This document shows, in pieces, positions 6,738 through 15,364 of a stretch of DNA of 20,000 bases. Positions within the stretch are counted from its first letter, which is position 1. Every line of letters begins with the position of its first letter. The notes below the pieces were generated by a model. It worked only from the letters and a program-made list of their open reading frames with translations. It was not told the origin of the DNA and searched no databases. A program made the position numbers and the translations under genes. Origin of the DNA: an uncultured virus (IMG/VR IMGVR_UViG_3300036770_005540) (Duplodnaviria > Heunggongvirae > Uroviricota > Caudoviricetes); the IMG/VR virus record IMGVR_UViG_3300036770_005540, positions 52,920-72,919 of that record. One strand, given 5' to 3'.

Positions 6738-7936
6738 CAGTCTTTATCTGCGGCGTACTCTTTGCCGCGCAGAATTCCCCTACCCTCAAATATCCACATT
6801 GGTTCATAGTTGAACCATTCCCTACCAACACCAAATGGTTGATACTGAACGATTGCCAAACCCTGTTGCCAGTTTTCGCTTCCCTTGACAATGGGTCTAC
6901 CAAAGTGGTCGCTACCAGAGTTCGTAGAGGGAACCACTCCATCAGTGCGGCACAAACAGCCAGGACTAGATGCCATAACAGTACGCGGCCCGTTCGGGCT
7001 ACGCCGTGTTCTATACAGGGTTTCAATTCTGTGTATGTGACCGTATATCAGAGACTGATGAGCATCGTTAAGGTACTTTGCTGCAGTTGAGCCGTTGGAG
7101 TTAACTTTGTGGCCGTGAACGACCATCAAATTGCTATTGATGAAATAAGCATTTTCTGGATATCCAACCAGATACTGAACGTCAAAGTCTTCCATTCGAC
7201 AAAGGAATGGAACAGAGTTAACGGGGAACTTGTCCCTATCGGAGTACTTGTCCTTGCCCCTGGTGACTCCTGAGGTTGGAGATGCGAAGTTATCAAGATA
7301 CTTATGAAGGCGGGCTTCATGGTTACCCTCAAGCCACACAATTTCGGCAAATGGGGCGGCGCGGCGCAATTCCCGGCACAATTCAGCAGCCCTATCAATG
7401 GCTGGCTGAACCATGTTCCTGAATGGCATACGGTTCAGATACTTGCCAAAGTCGGCAAAATCAAGATTGTCGCCGTTCATGATTATCTTTGAGGGCTTGA
7501 TATCACGAATAACGGCCACGGCAACGGCCAAAGCCTTTTCGTCGTGAATTGGCTCTAGTTCTACCTTGTTGGGGTCAACTGATTTGTCGTAGTAACCGAT
7601 TTGTATATCAGGCAGTATTACTGCCGTTTCCCACCCACCGGGGTCGACCTTTTTTGCCTTTGACTTTTGTCGTTTAATTTGTTCTTGTATCTGGGCTCGT
7701 TCCAGCAAGGAACCAGGGCCACCCTCAAACGTTGGGCTCAAGACGACCTGGTATGTCGTGGTCTGTTTCTCCGTCCCCTTTTCCTCATCATGCACCGACC
7801 TACCGGTAACGGCAACCTTTTTGATTGAGCCGATATCGTTTAGATTGAGTCCACTGGTATCCAGCATCTCCTTGATTGCTTTCACAGTATTTTCTTTATG
7901 ACTCTCTTTAACGAGGTCTTTTAGTTTTTTGTTCAT
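6737..7936 (-). CDS. Calcineurin-like metallophosphoesterase
   Basis: Motifs PDIQIG (D-x-Q variant of DxH), NGDNLD, LEGNHE, VVHGH and GHIHR occur in the canonical order, after a ~100-aa N-terminal extension. Confidence 0.9.
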   Translation of the reverse strand: MNKKLKDLVKESHKENTVKAIKEMLDTSGLNLNDIGSIKKVAVTGRSVHDEEKGTEKQTTTYQVVLSPTFEGGPGSLLERAQIQEQIKRQKSKAKKVDPGGWETAVILPDIQIGYYDKSVDPNKVELEPIHDEKALAVAVAVIRDIKPSKIIMNGDNLDFADFGKYLNRMPFRNMVQPAIDRAAELCRELRRAAPFAEIVWLEGNHEARLHKYLDNFASPTSGVTRGKDKYSDRDKFPVNSVPFLCRMEDFDVQYLVGYPENAYFINSNLMVVHGHKVNSNGSTAAKYLNDAHQSLIYGHIHRIETLYRTRRSPNGPRTVMASSPGCLCRTDGVVPSTNSGSDHFGRPIVKGSENWQQGLAIVQYQPFGVGREWFNYEPMWIFEGRGILRGKEYAADKD

Positions 7937-8208
7937 TTATTGCCAGCCTTAAAAGAAGGGCAGGCTCTGCTGCCGTTAATGCACTCCCTACGAGCCTCGC
8001 CTAATTGAAACCGTGAAAGTTTCAACCCCTCCGAGGTAATGGCGTCGGTTATTGCTTTTATTGAAACTGAAGAATGCATTACATCCGTAAATGCCTGCTT
8101 TGTTTCATCGTCCATATCTTGGTAGGCATTACAAACAGCACATCTATTGCGCAATTCGTTCTCTTTGAGACGTTTGAAAATTTCGCTGAGTTTGTCGTTG
8201 TTGTTCAT
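7933..8208 (-). CDS. Small Cys-containing (putative Zn-binding) helical protein
   Basis: MNNNDKLSEIF...RCAVC...ARRECINGSRACP. GGGGG RBS before ATG 8208. Its 3' end overlaps the phosphoesterase start by 4 nt. Confidence 0.65.
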   Translation of the reverse strand: MNNNDKLSEIFKRLKENELRNRCAVCNAYQDMDDETKQAFTDVMHSSVSIKAITDAITSEGLKLSRFQLGEARRECINGSRACPSFKAGNK

Positions 8209-8276
8209 GTGGCCCCCATGTGATTGATGGTGCACACATAATAGACCATCTGTGCTACGCTGTGCTGCAATTCTCT

Positions 8277-8708
8277 ATGCCAGACGAAAAAACAGAGAAA
8301 CTAAAATTGGCCCTTCGTGACTCGCTTGGCAGCGCCGCGAGCGAGGAAGTTATACAAGGAATTCTTCAAACACTTGACAAACAGAAGGTGTTTCGTTACC
8401 ACAACGAGAACGTGGTTAATTTGTTGTCCACCCCAGGAAGAGTTCTTTGCGCAATCATGGAGGACAATAGCATGACCCTTCGGGCGCTTGCCGTTTACCT
8501 CGACATGAGCGAAACGATGATTGACAAGACGGTAAAACTGCTTGTTGAATCAGGGCTTATTACAAAGACAAAAGTGAATCGACAAAATTTTTACAAAGTC
8601 CACACTGAGGCGGTCATAAAACACCCTGATATACAGCACATACTTGGGGCCACGAGCATCAATAAAGAATTGCCAAAACGGCAGGTTGTTGATAACGACC
8701 TGTTTTGA
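8277..8708 (+). CDS. Winged-helix (MarR/ArsR-like) DNA-binding protein
   Basis: LLSTPGRVLCAIMEDNSMTLRALAVYLDMSETMIDKTVKLLVESGLITKTKVNRQNFYKV is a textbook wHTH. Start reassigned to ATG 8277. Confidence 0.82.
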   Translation: MPDEKTEKLKLALRDSLGSAASEEVIQGILQTLDKQKVFRYHNENVVNLLSTPGRVLCAIMEDNSMTLRALAVYLDMSETMIDKTVKLLVESGLITKTKVNRQNFYKVHTEAVIKHPDIQHILGATSINKELPKRQVVDNDLF

Positions 8709-8721
8709 TAGGATGTTACCG

Positions 8722-9078
8722 ATGGGTAATCAAATAATTAGACAGAGAGTTCAGCATGGTTCGCTGGGTTACCAGATTTTGAACTATGCCAGATTTAGGT
8801 CCAGACAAATGGATGGGACTTTTTCAATTCAGGAGTACCAAGAATTTAGGTACAACAGAGTAAAACCGTCCTACGTGAGCAGGGCCATTAACAGCCTTGT
8901 GAAGAATAAGCATTTACAGAAATTGCCAAACAACAGGTACAAATTTACAGATACCGGAGTCTTGGACGAATTGGGTATTTTGTACAAAGACACACTATGG
9001 GTGAAGGTAAAAAGCAGCAAAAAGCGCTACAGCAAAGAGCGACAGGAAATAGAAGACATTCAGTCAGATGATTTCTGA
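8722..9078 (+). CDS. Basic winged-helix-like protein
   Basis: YQILNY...SYVSRAINSLVKNKHLQKLPNNRYKFTDTG. Leaderless start suggested by TGA-TAGGAT-gttaccg-ATG(8722). Confidence 0.65.
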   Translation: MGNQIIRQRVQHGSLGYQILNYARFRSRQMDGTFSIQEYQEFRYNRVKPSYVSRAINSLVKNKHLQKLPNNRYKFTDTGVLDELGILYKDTLWVKVKSSKKRYSKERQEIEDIQSDDF

Positions 9079-9398
9079 TTTAATTTGGACTCAAGCCAAG
9101 CGGCAAATACTTCGTCTGTTTTTGGCATGAACCACAACTGACATTCCTCAACTATTCTCGTATCGCCTATTACGGTCCAGCAGAGGTCTATCTGCTCTGA
9201 TGCCGGACACGTGCCAGCATTGCAATCAAGGCCATACCTGCCAACAAAATGTTTAACCAAACACCCATACACAGGGTCTTTGCATTCGTCATCCCCCTTG
9301 TCAGGACAATGTATTTCCATTATCTCAAGTTCAGATTTCCAAATACGTAACCTAATAAAATGGCCATCATCATGCCACGTCATCGTTTGGTCAATCAT
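9060..9398 (-). CDS. Hypothetical Cys-rich protein (112 aa)
   Basis: ORF with a leaderless promoter TAGTCT-ggtcac-ATG; several Cys; no family recognised. Confidence 0.65.
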   Translation of the reverse strand: MIDQTMTWHDDGHFIRLRIWKSELEIMEIHCPDKGDDECKDPVYGCLVKHFVGRYGLDCNAGTCPASEQIDLCWTVIGDTRIVEECQLWFMPKTDEVFAAWLESKLNQKSSD

Positions 9399-9407
9399 GT
9401 GACCAGA

Positions 9408-9593
9408 CTAGTCCTTTTGGGTTTTACCTACAGGACCGTGTAAATCGTGGGTTCTCAATGGGTGCCCAATTGGCAAACGAGTTCTTTTCTTGCCAGCCTT
9501 TGTTCCAGAAACTGTTTCCATCTGTTTTGTCAGATAGTTAAACCTTGTTCTTTGCTGAGCGCCGCGACTTACTCTTTTATTCTTTTTACCCAT
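9408..9593 (-). CDS. Small basic hypothetical protein (61 aa)
   Basis: MGKKNKRVSRGAQQRTRFN..., very basic. Promoter TAAGGT-ctgtct-ATG. Confidence 0.6.
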   Translation of the reverse strand: MGKKNKRVSRGAQQRTRFNYLTKQMETVSGTKAGKKRTRLPIGHPLRTHDLHGPVGKTQKD

Positions 9594-9610
9594 AGACAGA
9601 CCTTATAAAT

Positions 9611-9871
9611 TTATTTCTTTTTGGCCGTCTTCTTTTTGCGATGGGCATCAGCATCGCCCATGTGTGCATCAAGTTTAGCATCAATAACAGCAAGGTCTTC
9701 GTCAAGGTATTCAATTTCCAAAGCAACTTCCTCGAGTTTTTCCATCACCATTCCATGGTCTCGGACGTTCTCTTCGCGGCTCTTTTTGACTTGATACACA
9801 ACAGTCACAAAGCCAATCAATGCAACGACAATGATGCCGAATGTCTCGATGAGTGAGTTGGCAATATCCAT
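9611..9871 (-). CDS. Single-TM plus coiled-coil membrane protein; putative lysis accessory or holin-like
   Basis: N-terminal TM (FGIIVVALIGFVTVVY) followed by a heptad region ending LDAHM. Directly abuts the endolysin stop, as is typical of lysis-cassette membrane proteins in actinophages. Confidence 0.6.
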   Translation of the reverse strand: MDIANSLIETFGIIVVALIGFVTVVYQVKKSREENVRDHGMVMEKLEEVALEIEYLDEDLAVIDAKLDAHMGDADAHRKKKTAKKK

Positions 9872-10747
9872 TTACATCCCCAAAAGTTCTTGTGCCTTCT
9901 TGCCGACTCTAGGGCCAGCAGGAAGTTTGTTGGCTGCCTTGAACTTCTTGACCGCTTCAGATGTCTTTGGGCCGAAGTCTCCGTCGCAATTTGCCTGGTA
10001 AAACCCCTTTTCCTTTAGTTTTTCTTGCAGGAGTCTTACTCTTTCTCCTTTTGCGCCTGGGGCTAGTTCCTCGTCCGCTTTTTCTGTTGCTGGTGCCGCT
10101 GGCTTTGGGGCTTGCGCCTTTGGCGCTTCGGCTTTTGGGGCTTCTGCTTTTGGCGTTTCTTTTCCAGGGACTGGTGGAGTAATTCCATTCTTTGCCATGT
10201 ACTCAACTACCGCTGCTGGCGGATTGTCGCCTTCCGTGTAGCGCAGGTGCCATGGCTCCTCAGGGACAACTTCCCAACTGAATCCAAACTTGCGAACGTT
10301 GTTGACAAGCCATTGAAGTCTCTTTGGCTCTGCTGCAGTGTGCACGTCAACAGCCAAACCGCTGTTGTGCTGAGAGGTGCCAGGTGCAGCAAGGCTCGCC
10401 AACTTCGGCGACTTCTTGTACCACTTCACGCCTTGAAACGTTCTCGTTGAAGCGCCAGGAATTGGTTCCTTCTGATAGCGCGTAAGAAACGCACTCAACT
10501 GGCTTGCAAACGTTCTGTAGGTATCACCAGCAGAAACTGGCTTAAGAAGGATTCCGTCTTTTTCCGCGGCTTCACACATTGCTGCCCACGCTGCTGCTGC
10601 CAACCAGTGCAACTGTCCACAGGGCTTGCCGCCCTCGCCGCGCGCTGGCCTTAGAAGATGACCAGGAAGTTTTCCTGGCTCAGTACCCTTGAGGTCTGCT
10701 GGCTGCTTTACTGGAACAACAATATCCCAAATAACTTTACTCGGCAT
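9872..10747 (-). CDS. Endolysin: M15 (VanY-like D-Ala-D-Ala) peptidase + Pro/Ala/Lys linker + PG_binding_1 domain
   Basis: M15 motifs YRT...Q, AAPGTSQHNSGLAVDV (SxH...D) and EPWHLRY. Linker of KAEAP repeats. C-terminal GAKGERVRLLQEKL...GDFGPKTSEAVKKF peptidoglycan-binding domain. Confidence 0.9.
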   Translation of the reverse strand: MPSKVIWDIVVPVKQPADLKGTEPGKLPGHLLRPARGEGGKPCGQLHWLAAAAWAAMCEAAEKDGILLKPVSAGDTYRTFASQLSAFLTRYQKEPIPGASTRTFQGVKWYKKSPKLASLAAPGTSQHNSGLAVDVHTAAEPKRLQWLVNNVRKFGFSWEVVPEEPWHLRYTEGDNPPAAVVEYMAKNGITPPVPGKETPKAEAPKAEAPKAQAPKPAAPATEKADEELAPGAKGERVRLLQEKLKEKGFYQANCDGDFGPKTSEAVKKFKAANKLPAGPRVGKKAQELLGM

Positions 10748-10749
10748 GG

Positions 10750-11010
10750 CTAAACTTCCTCTTTGGCTACTTTCTTTACTGATTTGTCTACTTGATTAAA
10801 AACTTGATTAATTTCTTCAACGCTGAGTTTGCCATCGTCGAGGAACGCTCTTGAGAGTCCTTCGATTACTGTGGCTACGCCAGCAATTCCAGCCATGAAA
10901 ACGGCTTTCCAAAGCGGAACTCCAGCAATTGTTCCAGCGCCAATGACACCAAGACCACTTGCAGCAAACGTTGCGAGAATTCTTAAAAGGATGTTCTTAA
11001 GTTGTTCCAT
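10750..11010 (-). CDS. Putative holin (2 TM)
   Basis: True start is ATG 11010 (TAATG overlap with the 898-aa gene, purine-rich RBS). Sequence MEQLKNILLRILATFAASGLGVIGAGTIAGVPLWKAVFMAGIAGVATVIEGL...DDGKLSVEEIN, with a charged C-tail. Ends 2 nt before the endolysin start. Confidence 0.72.
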   Translation of the reverse strand: MEQLKNILLRILATFAASGLGVIGAGTIAGVPLWKAVFMAGIAGVATVIEGLSRAFLDDGKLSVEEINQVFNQVDKSVKKVAKEEV

Positions 11011-13706
11011 TAATCTTCCTTCTTCCACATCACCAAGTAGTAGTGGGCCGCAAAAGCAAGCAATGAAGCAATGATTGCCACACTTCTTGTAAAGCCAGAC
11101 AAGGTCACCCAGAGGATGATTGACGACGAGATGGTAAACCCAATCCCGGCCGTTTCGTAGCCAAACTTTTTGAGAAACTGTTTCATGCTGAACTTTCTTA
11201 TTCCATTTACATATATCCACATGGAAATGGTGTCTAGCCATTCCCTGAGGTCGGTGGCTTCTATTTCACCAGCCTCTTCTTCTTCCTCTTCTTCCCGTCT
11301 AGCAGCATCATTGGGGTTTGAATTGGTAGAAGAACTGCCACCAATATTACCACTAGATGAAGCCATCATGGCTGTGGCAGCGGTTGCCTGAAGGGCAGCA
11401 ACGGCTATTACTGACCTTCTGGTACCGACATCAATGGTAGAACCCAAAGCGACGTAGGTATCAAAGGCCCCAGCAAACACGTTGATTGCTTCTTCAAATG
11501 CACCCCTAATCTCCTGTGATGCTTCTTGAACTGCGGCAACAATTGCCAATCCTTCTTCTGTGCTCAATTCACCTTCATCAACAGCCGAAAAAATTTCCTC
11601 GGCCTGAGAAACGTCAATAGATGCAAGAACTGCTGGCTCTGACGCCAGCGACACGGCAACCGTCTCACTAACGCCAGACTCGATTACTAAAGCAACAACA
11701 GCAGCAATTTCCTCCTTGTCTTCTTCGGTTAATTCCTCAACGGATTTGTTTTCAACAATGTCATCAATTACAGACTCAACTATTTCGGCTGCTTCTTCTT
11801 CCGATGCCTCGGCAATTGCGTCTGCAAGTTCTTCTGTCTCAATGGGCTCTTCTTGCGTTGTTTCATCTGATGGTTCTTGTATTTCGTCTTCGCTCTCTTG
11901 TGAAATTTCACCATTGTCTTGCTCAGTTTCTCCGCTTCCCTGCGGTTCGGTTGGTTCATCTGAATCTGGTGTATCAGGCGTTGTAGTTTCAGTATCCTCC
12001 TTCGGGCTTGGAATACTTGTATTTGTAGTTTCTGTATCTGGTTCATCTTCCTCTATCTCTTCTGGTTCGGTGGTTGGGGTTGTTTCTTCTGGTGTTTCTT
12101 CTTCTGGTTCTGTTTCTTCTGGGATGGTGGTCTCAGGAACTATTGTGCCGATGGTCGTCGTCGTTGCATACACGGTCGTGGTGGTGGGCGCTACATACTC
12201 AGTGGTGGTTGTCGTCTGGGGCGGGGTGGCAATAGTCGTAGTTGTGGTAGTGGTCGTGGTAGTGGTCGTAGTGGTAGTTGTTGGCGCAACAGTCGTAGTG
12301 GTCGTTGTTGGCGCAACAGTCGTTGTTGGGGCCGCAGTAGTTGTAGGAGTTGGGTCAATTACCGTTACATCAACAGTTGCGTATGGGCCATACACACAAG
12401 AACCCTGCCCTTCTCCAACACAGGCCGCACTTCCAGCACGGATTTTGAAACGCACCAGACCGTATCCGGTGGTTCCTGGAAATTGGAATGAACCGACTGT
12501 GTACGAAGTGTTTGTGGCATACGTCCAAACTCCCCAACCACCAGATTCAACGCCCTCATTTAAGTCAAACCACGTAATCGTGTATATGTGCGGTTCTAGA
12601 TTGCTGGATGTTGGGGCATCCCAATCCAGAAATACGTTTCCATTTTCATTGGCAGTTCCAATCAAATTTTGAACTTCATTATAAAAAGGCTGAATTGTTG
12701 TCGTGGTTGGCGGAACCGTGGTTGTAGTTGGTGGAACCGTAGTTGTCGGAACAGTCGTTGGAGGGGGGGCAGAAATGGAAATTTCCATTGAGTCGCTATA
12801 AATTGGATTTGCATTTTGGGTCGGTTCATACTCGACTACATATCCACCAATTCCACCAGCCCAACCCTCTGCTGGAAGGTCATTCCAACAATTCCCGCCA
12901 TTCCATTTTGTTACTGCGGCATCTTCATTTCCAGAGTTATTTGGTTCTCCGCCACACCATTTGGTATATTTCCCTTCAGCGGCAACCCCATTTGATAAGC
13001 CATTCCAAATCACCGTCCCCTGTTCTGGGTGCCCATCCTTGGGGTCCAAAACCCACACCCCCTCTGTTTCCCTGTCTGACAGGGCTATCCAAATGTTGTA
13101 TGCATTTTGAATTTTAGTTAGTACAAAATTGTGTTCTTCATCAGACGTTATTGTTGCCAAGTAACCCGTAAGGCCATTTAATGTTCTGGTTCCAGCATTT
13201 GTTCGTGCTTGGATGTATGAAACAGAAGAGGGTACGTATTCATATAAGTGTCCAGTTCCCTCAAAATAAAAAGAACCAGATATTTTTTCTTGAACAGAAA
13301 CTGTCAGAGTAGTTGTTCCAGCAGTGTTGCCAGAATCAAAAGTCAAAGAATCAAGTGCCGCATTTACATTTGCCTGCGTTCCAGTAAATGACAGCGATGA
13401 AACACCAAGCCACGAGTTGTATCCAAACTCTCTTGTTAATCCATTTGTTGTGATTACCGAAAACTTTGCTGCAGTCCCACTAGACAGTGAAATGGAAACA
13501 AGAAGGTTTGCATTTTCCTCATAACCAGAGACATCAAAGTCATCGCTTAATTCAATGTTTGTTTGATTAATTTGAAGGCTCAGGCTCGAGGGAGCCGTTA
13601 CATAATCCGCCTTTGCCATGCCTATTCCAATAAAAGTTGACAACGTCATTAGCGAGAATGAACTCACTACGGCAGCAACAATTTTGCCACGCTTCGCAAT
13701 TTTCAA
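11010..13706 (-). CDS. Large secreted, membrane-anchored protein: signal peptide, Ig-like domain, C-type lectin-like domain, FN3-like domain, Thr-rich mucin-like and acidic stalk, C-terminal TM helices
   Basis: TTG start with GGGAGG RBS. Signal peptide MKIAKRGK...AKA|D. C-type-lectin-like motifs GHLYEYV...GYLATITSDEE...WIALSD...EG.W...W..GEPNN..NED...WND. FN3-like L.WDAP...Y.I...F.IRA. Long T/P runs and an E/D-rich region. C-terminal hydrophobic helices (IGFTISSSIILWVTL, VAIIASLLAFAAHYYLVM). Confidence 0.8.
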   Translation of the reverse strand: MKIAKRGKIVAAVVSSFSLMTLSTFIGIGMAKADYVTAPSSLSLQINQTNIELSDDFDVSGYEENANLLVSISLSSGTAAKFSVITTNGLTREFGYNSWLGVSSLSFTGTQANVNAALDSLTFDSGNTAGTTTLTVSVQEKISGSFYFEGTGHLYEYVPSSVSYIQARTNAGTRTLNGLTGYLATITSDEEHNFVLTKIQNAYNIWIALSDRETEGVWVLDPKDGHPEQGTVIWNGLSNGVAAEGKYTKWCGGEPNNSGNEDAAVTKWNGGNCWNDLPAEGWAGGIGGYVVEYEPTQNANPIYSDSMEISISAPPPTTVPTTTVPPTTTTVPPTTTTIQPFYNEVQNLIGTANENGNVFLDWDAPTSSNLEPHIYTITWFDLNEGVESGGWGVWTYATNTSYTVGSFQFPGTTGYGLVRFKIRAGSAACVGEGQGSCVYGPYATVDVTVIDPTPTTTAAPTTTVAPTTTTTTVAPTTTTTTTTTTTTTTTTIATPPQTTTTTEYVAPTTTTVYATTTTIGTIVPETTIPEETEPEEETPEETTPTTEPEEIEEDEPDTETTNTSIPSPKEDTETTTPDTPDSDEPTEPQGSGETEQDNGEISQESEDEIQEPSDETTQEEPIETEELADAIAEASEEEAAEIVESVIDDIVENKSVEELTEEDKEEIAAVVALVIESGVSETVAVSLASEPAVLASIDVSQAEEIFSAVDEGELSTEEGLAIVAAVQEASQEIRGAFEEAINVFAGAFDTYVALGSTIDVGTRRSVIAVAALQATAATAMMASSSGNIGGSSSTNSNPNDAARREEEEEEEAGEIEATDLREWLDTISMWIYVNGIRKFSMKQFLKKFGYETAGIGFTISSSIILWVTLSGFTRSVAIIASLLAFAAHYYLVMWKKED
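12160..12350 (-). repeat. Low-complexity Thr-codon repeat (mucin-like PTTT/APTTT)
   Basis: GTN triplet runs on the + strand encode TTTTT... on the minus strand, including a duplicated GTTGTTGGCGCAACAGTCGT. A second shorter tract lies at about 12695-12770. Confidence 0.85.
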
Positions 13707-13812
13707 TTTTTGCCTCCCTGGGGCAAAACAATTTTACAACATGCCTATTTCCACGAGGTCCACTACTGAGGTATTATTGTTGTAACCACGCGCGTCTTTT
13801 TAGGAGTAATTC

Positions 13813-14658
13813 ATGGCCGTTAACGGCGGAGTCAAAAATTGGGCATCTGGTCAAGTTCTTGATGCTGCAGATTTAAATGAATATGTTGCAGACCAAACAA
13901 TTGCAAGATTTGCAACAATTGCAGCCAGAACTGCCGCTTACGGAGTTTCTGGCGCACCAGCGCTTCAGACTGGCATGTTTAGTTGGGTTGAGTCGACGGA
14001 AAAGTTGTACTACTACGACGGAACTTCATGGGAAGAGGTTGGCGCACAGGTTGAAGACGGTGAAATCACCGAAGCAAAACTTGCCGACTCTGCCGTAACC
14101 TCTGCAAAAATTGCCAATGGCACCATTGTGGATGCCGATGTAAATACCTCAGCCGCTATAGCCCACAGCAAATTGGCAAGCATTACTGCTGGACAGGTGC
14201 TCCTTGGAAACGCGAGCAATGTTCCAACCGCTACGGCACTAAGCGGAGACGTTACTGTCAACTCGACTGGGGTGACCGCAATCACTTCTGGCGTGATTGT
14301 CAACGCTGACATAAGTTCGACGGCCGCCATTGAGAGAGGCAAGATTGCTGATTTGTCGATTGACACCAAGACGGCTAACTATTCTTTGGTTCTTGGCGAT
14401 AAGAACAAAGTAATTGAAATGAACGTCGGTTCCGCCAACACGGTAACAGTGCCGCTTAATTCTGCTCATGCGTTTCCAATTGGCTCTCAGGTGACCATCA
14501 CTCAGTATGGCGCTGGCAAGACACAAGTCGTTGGCACTGGTGGTGTTACTGTCAGGGCAACACCAGGTTCATACCTAAGAGCCCAATATTCGACGGCGAC
14601 CCTGATTAAAAGAGGAACCGACGAGTGGTATTTGATTGGTGATTTGAGCCTGACGTGA
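13813..14658 (+). CDS. Minor tail / tail-fibre-like structural protein
   Basis: AGGAG RBS. N-terminal WASGQVLDAADLN...RFATIAAR...YYYDGTSW, internal 'ITEAKLADSAVTSAKIA' repeats, and C-terminal YSLVLGD...TVTVP...FPIG...LRAQYS.A.LIK...W...GDL. These motifs are familiar from phage fibre proteins. Confidence 0.7.
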   Translation: MAVNGGVKNWASGQVLDAADLNEYVADQTIARFATIAARTAAYGVSGAPALQTGMFSWVESTEKLYYYDGTSWEEVGAQVEDGEITEAKLADSAVTSAKIANGTIVDADVNTSAAIAHSKLASITAGQVLLGNASNVPTATALSGDVTVNSTGVTAITSGVIVNADISSTAAIERGKIADLSIDTKTANYSLVLGDKNKVIEMNVGSANTVTVPLNSAHAFPIGSQVTITQYGAGKTQVVGTGGVTVRATPGSYLRAQYSTATLIKRGTDEWYLIGDLSLT

Positions 14659-15335
14659 TTCCTGGCAATACCGCTAGTCAGGGCAAGAAGCCTTCAACGC
14701 CGACCATCGGCACGGCTACTGCTGGTAATGCCCAGGCCACGGTTACGTTCACTGAGTCCTCATATCGCGGTAAATCAAATTCTGGAACCTATAGGGCCAC
14801 TTCGTCACCCAGCAGCATTCAGGGAACTTGCACTGCTCCGTGCTCCTCAATAACTGTCACTGGCTTGTCAAATGGAACCGCTTATACATTTGCTGTAAAA
14901 CTTGAAACTCCGTATGGGGTTGATTCGGATAACACAGCGTCTAGCAATTCGGTGACACCAGTTGTTCCACCAGTTGTTCCACCAGTTGTTCCACCAGTTG
15001 TTCCACCAGTTGTTCCACCAGTTACGCCACCAGTTGTTCCACCAGTTACGCCACCAGTTAACCCACCAGTTAACCCACCAGTTAACCCACCGGTTAACCC
15101 ACCAGTTGACCCACCAGTTAACCCACCAGTTAACCCATGTGCTGGCGTTAACTGTGGTTCATATGGCGCACCTCCAGGTGGCGTATGGATTTATCAATAC
15201 GACTATTACCAGTGTATTCAAGAACTCTGTGGTCCGTTTAACGGTCTTTGGAGGGCGTACATATCATCTGATGGTTGTTGCGTATATGGATTGTTTGTTA
15301 GTTGTCAATTCGGTGACTCCAGTTGTCCAACATGA
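14655..15335 (+). CDS. Fibronectin type III domain protein with (PPVx)14 Pro-rich stalk and Cys-rich C-terminal tip; putative tail fibre / adhesin
   Basis: PTIGTATAGNAQATVTF...Y.ATSSP...ITVTGLSNGTAYTF...SNSVTP is FN3-like, followed by 14 PPVx units and a tip with 8 Cys. GTGA overlap with the upstream gene. Confidence 0.8.
   Translation: MIPGNTASQGKKPSTPTIGTATAGNAQATVTFTESSYRGKSNSGTYRATSSPSSIQGTCTAPCSSITVTGLSNGTAYTFAVKLETPYGVDSDNTASSNSVTPVVPPVVPPVVPPVVPPVVPPVTPPVVPPVTPPVNPPVNPPVNPPVNPPVDPPVNPPVNPCAGVNCGSYGAPPGGVWIYQYDYYQCIQELCGPFNGLWRAYISSDGCCVYGLFVSCQFGDSSCPT
14956..15137 (+). repeat. 12-bp tandem coding repeat CCACCAGTT(GTT/ACG/AAC/GAC)
   Basis: 14 consecutive 12-bp units plus a partial unit. 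Order: PPVV x4, PPVT, PPVV, PPVT, PPVN x4, PPVD, PPVN x2. Confidence 0.95.
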
Positions 15336-15364
15336 TACAGTAATTAAAACAAAGAAGGATAAAT

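Noticed and set aside
9872..10747. vanY vancomycin-resistance gene
   Set aside because: An M15 domain with a PG-binding domain next to a holin indicates an endolysin, and there is no van cluster.
11011..11241. N-terminal extension of the holin ORF (10750..11241 in the track)
   Set aside because: It overlaps the 898-aa gene out of frame. ATG 11010 has an RBS and TAATG coupling.
11716..12672. 318-aa Ser/Val-rich + strand ORF
   Set aside because: It is the antisense shadow of the Thr/Glu-rich stalk of the 898-aa gene.
14956..15137. Tandem repeat as a possible CRISPR array
   Set aside because: The units are 12 bp, contiguous and without unique spacers, lie in frame within a CDS, and no cas genes are present.
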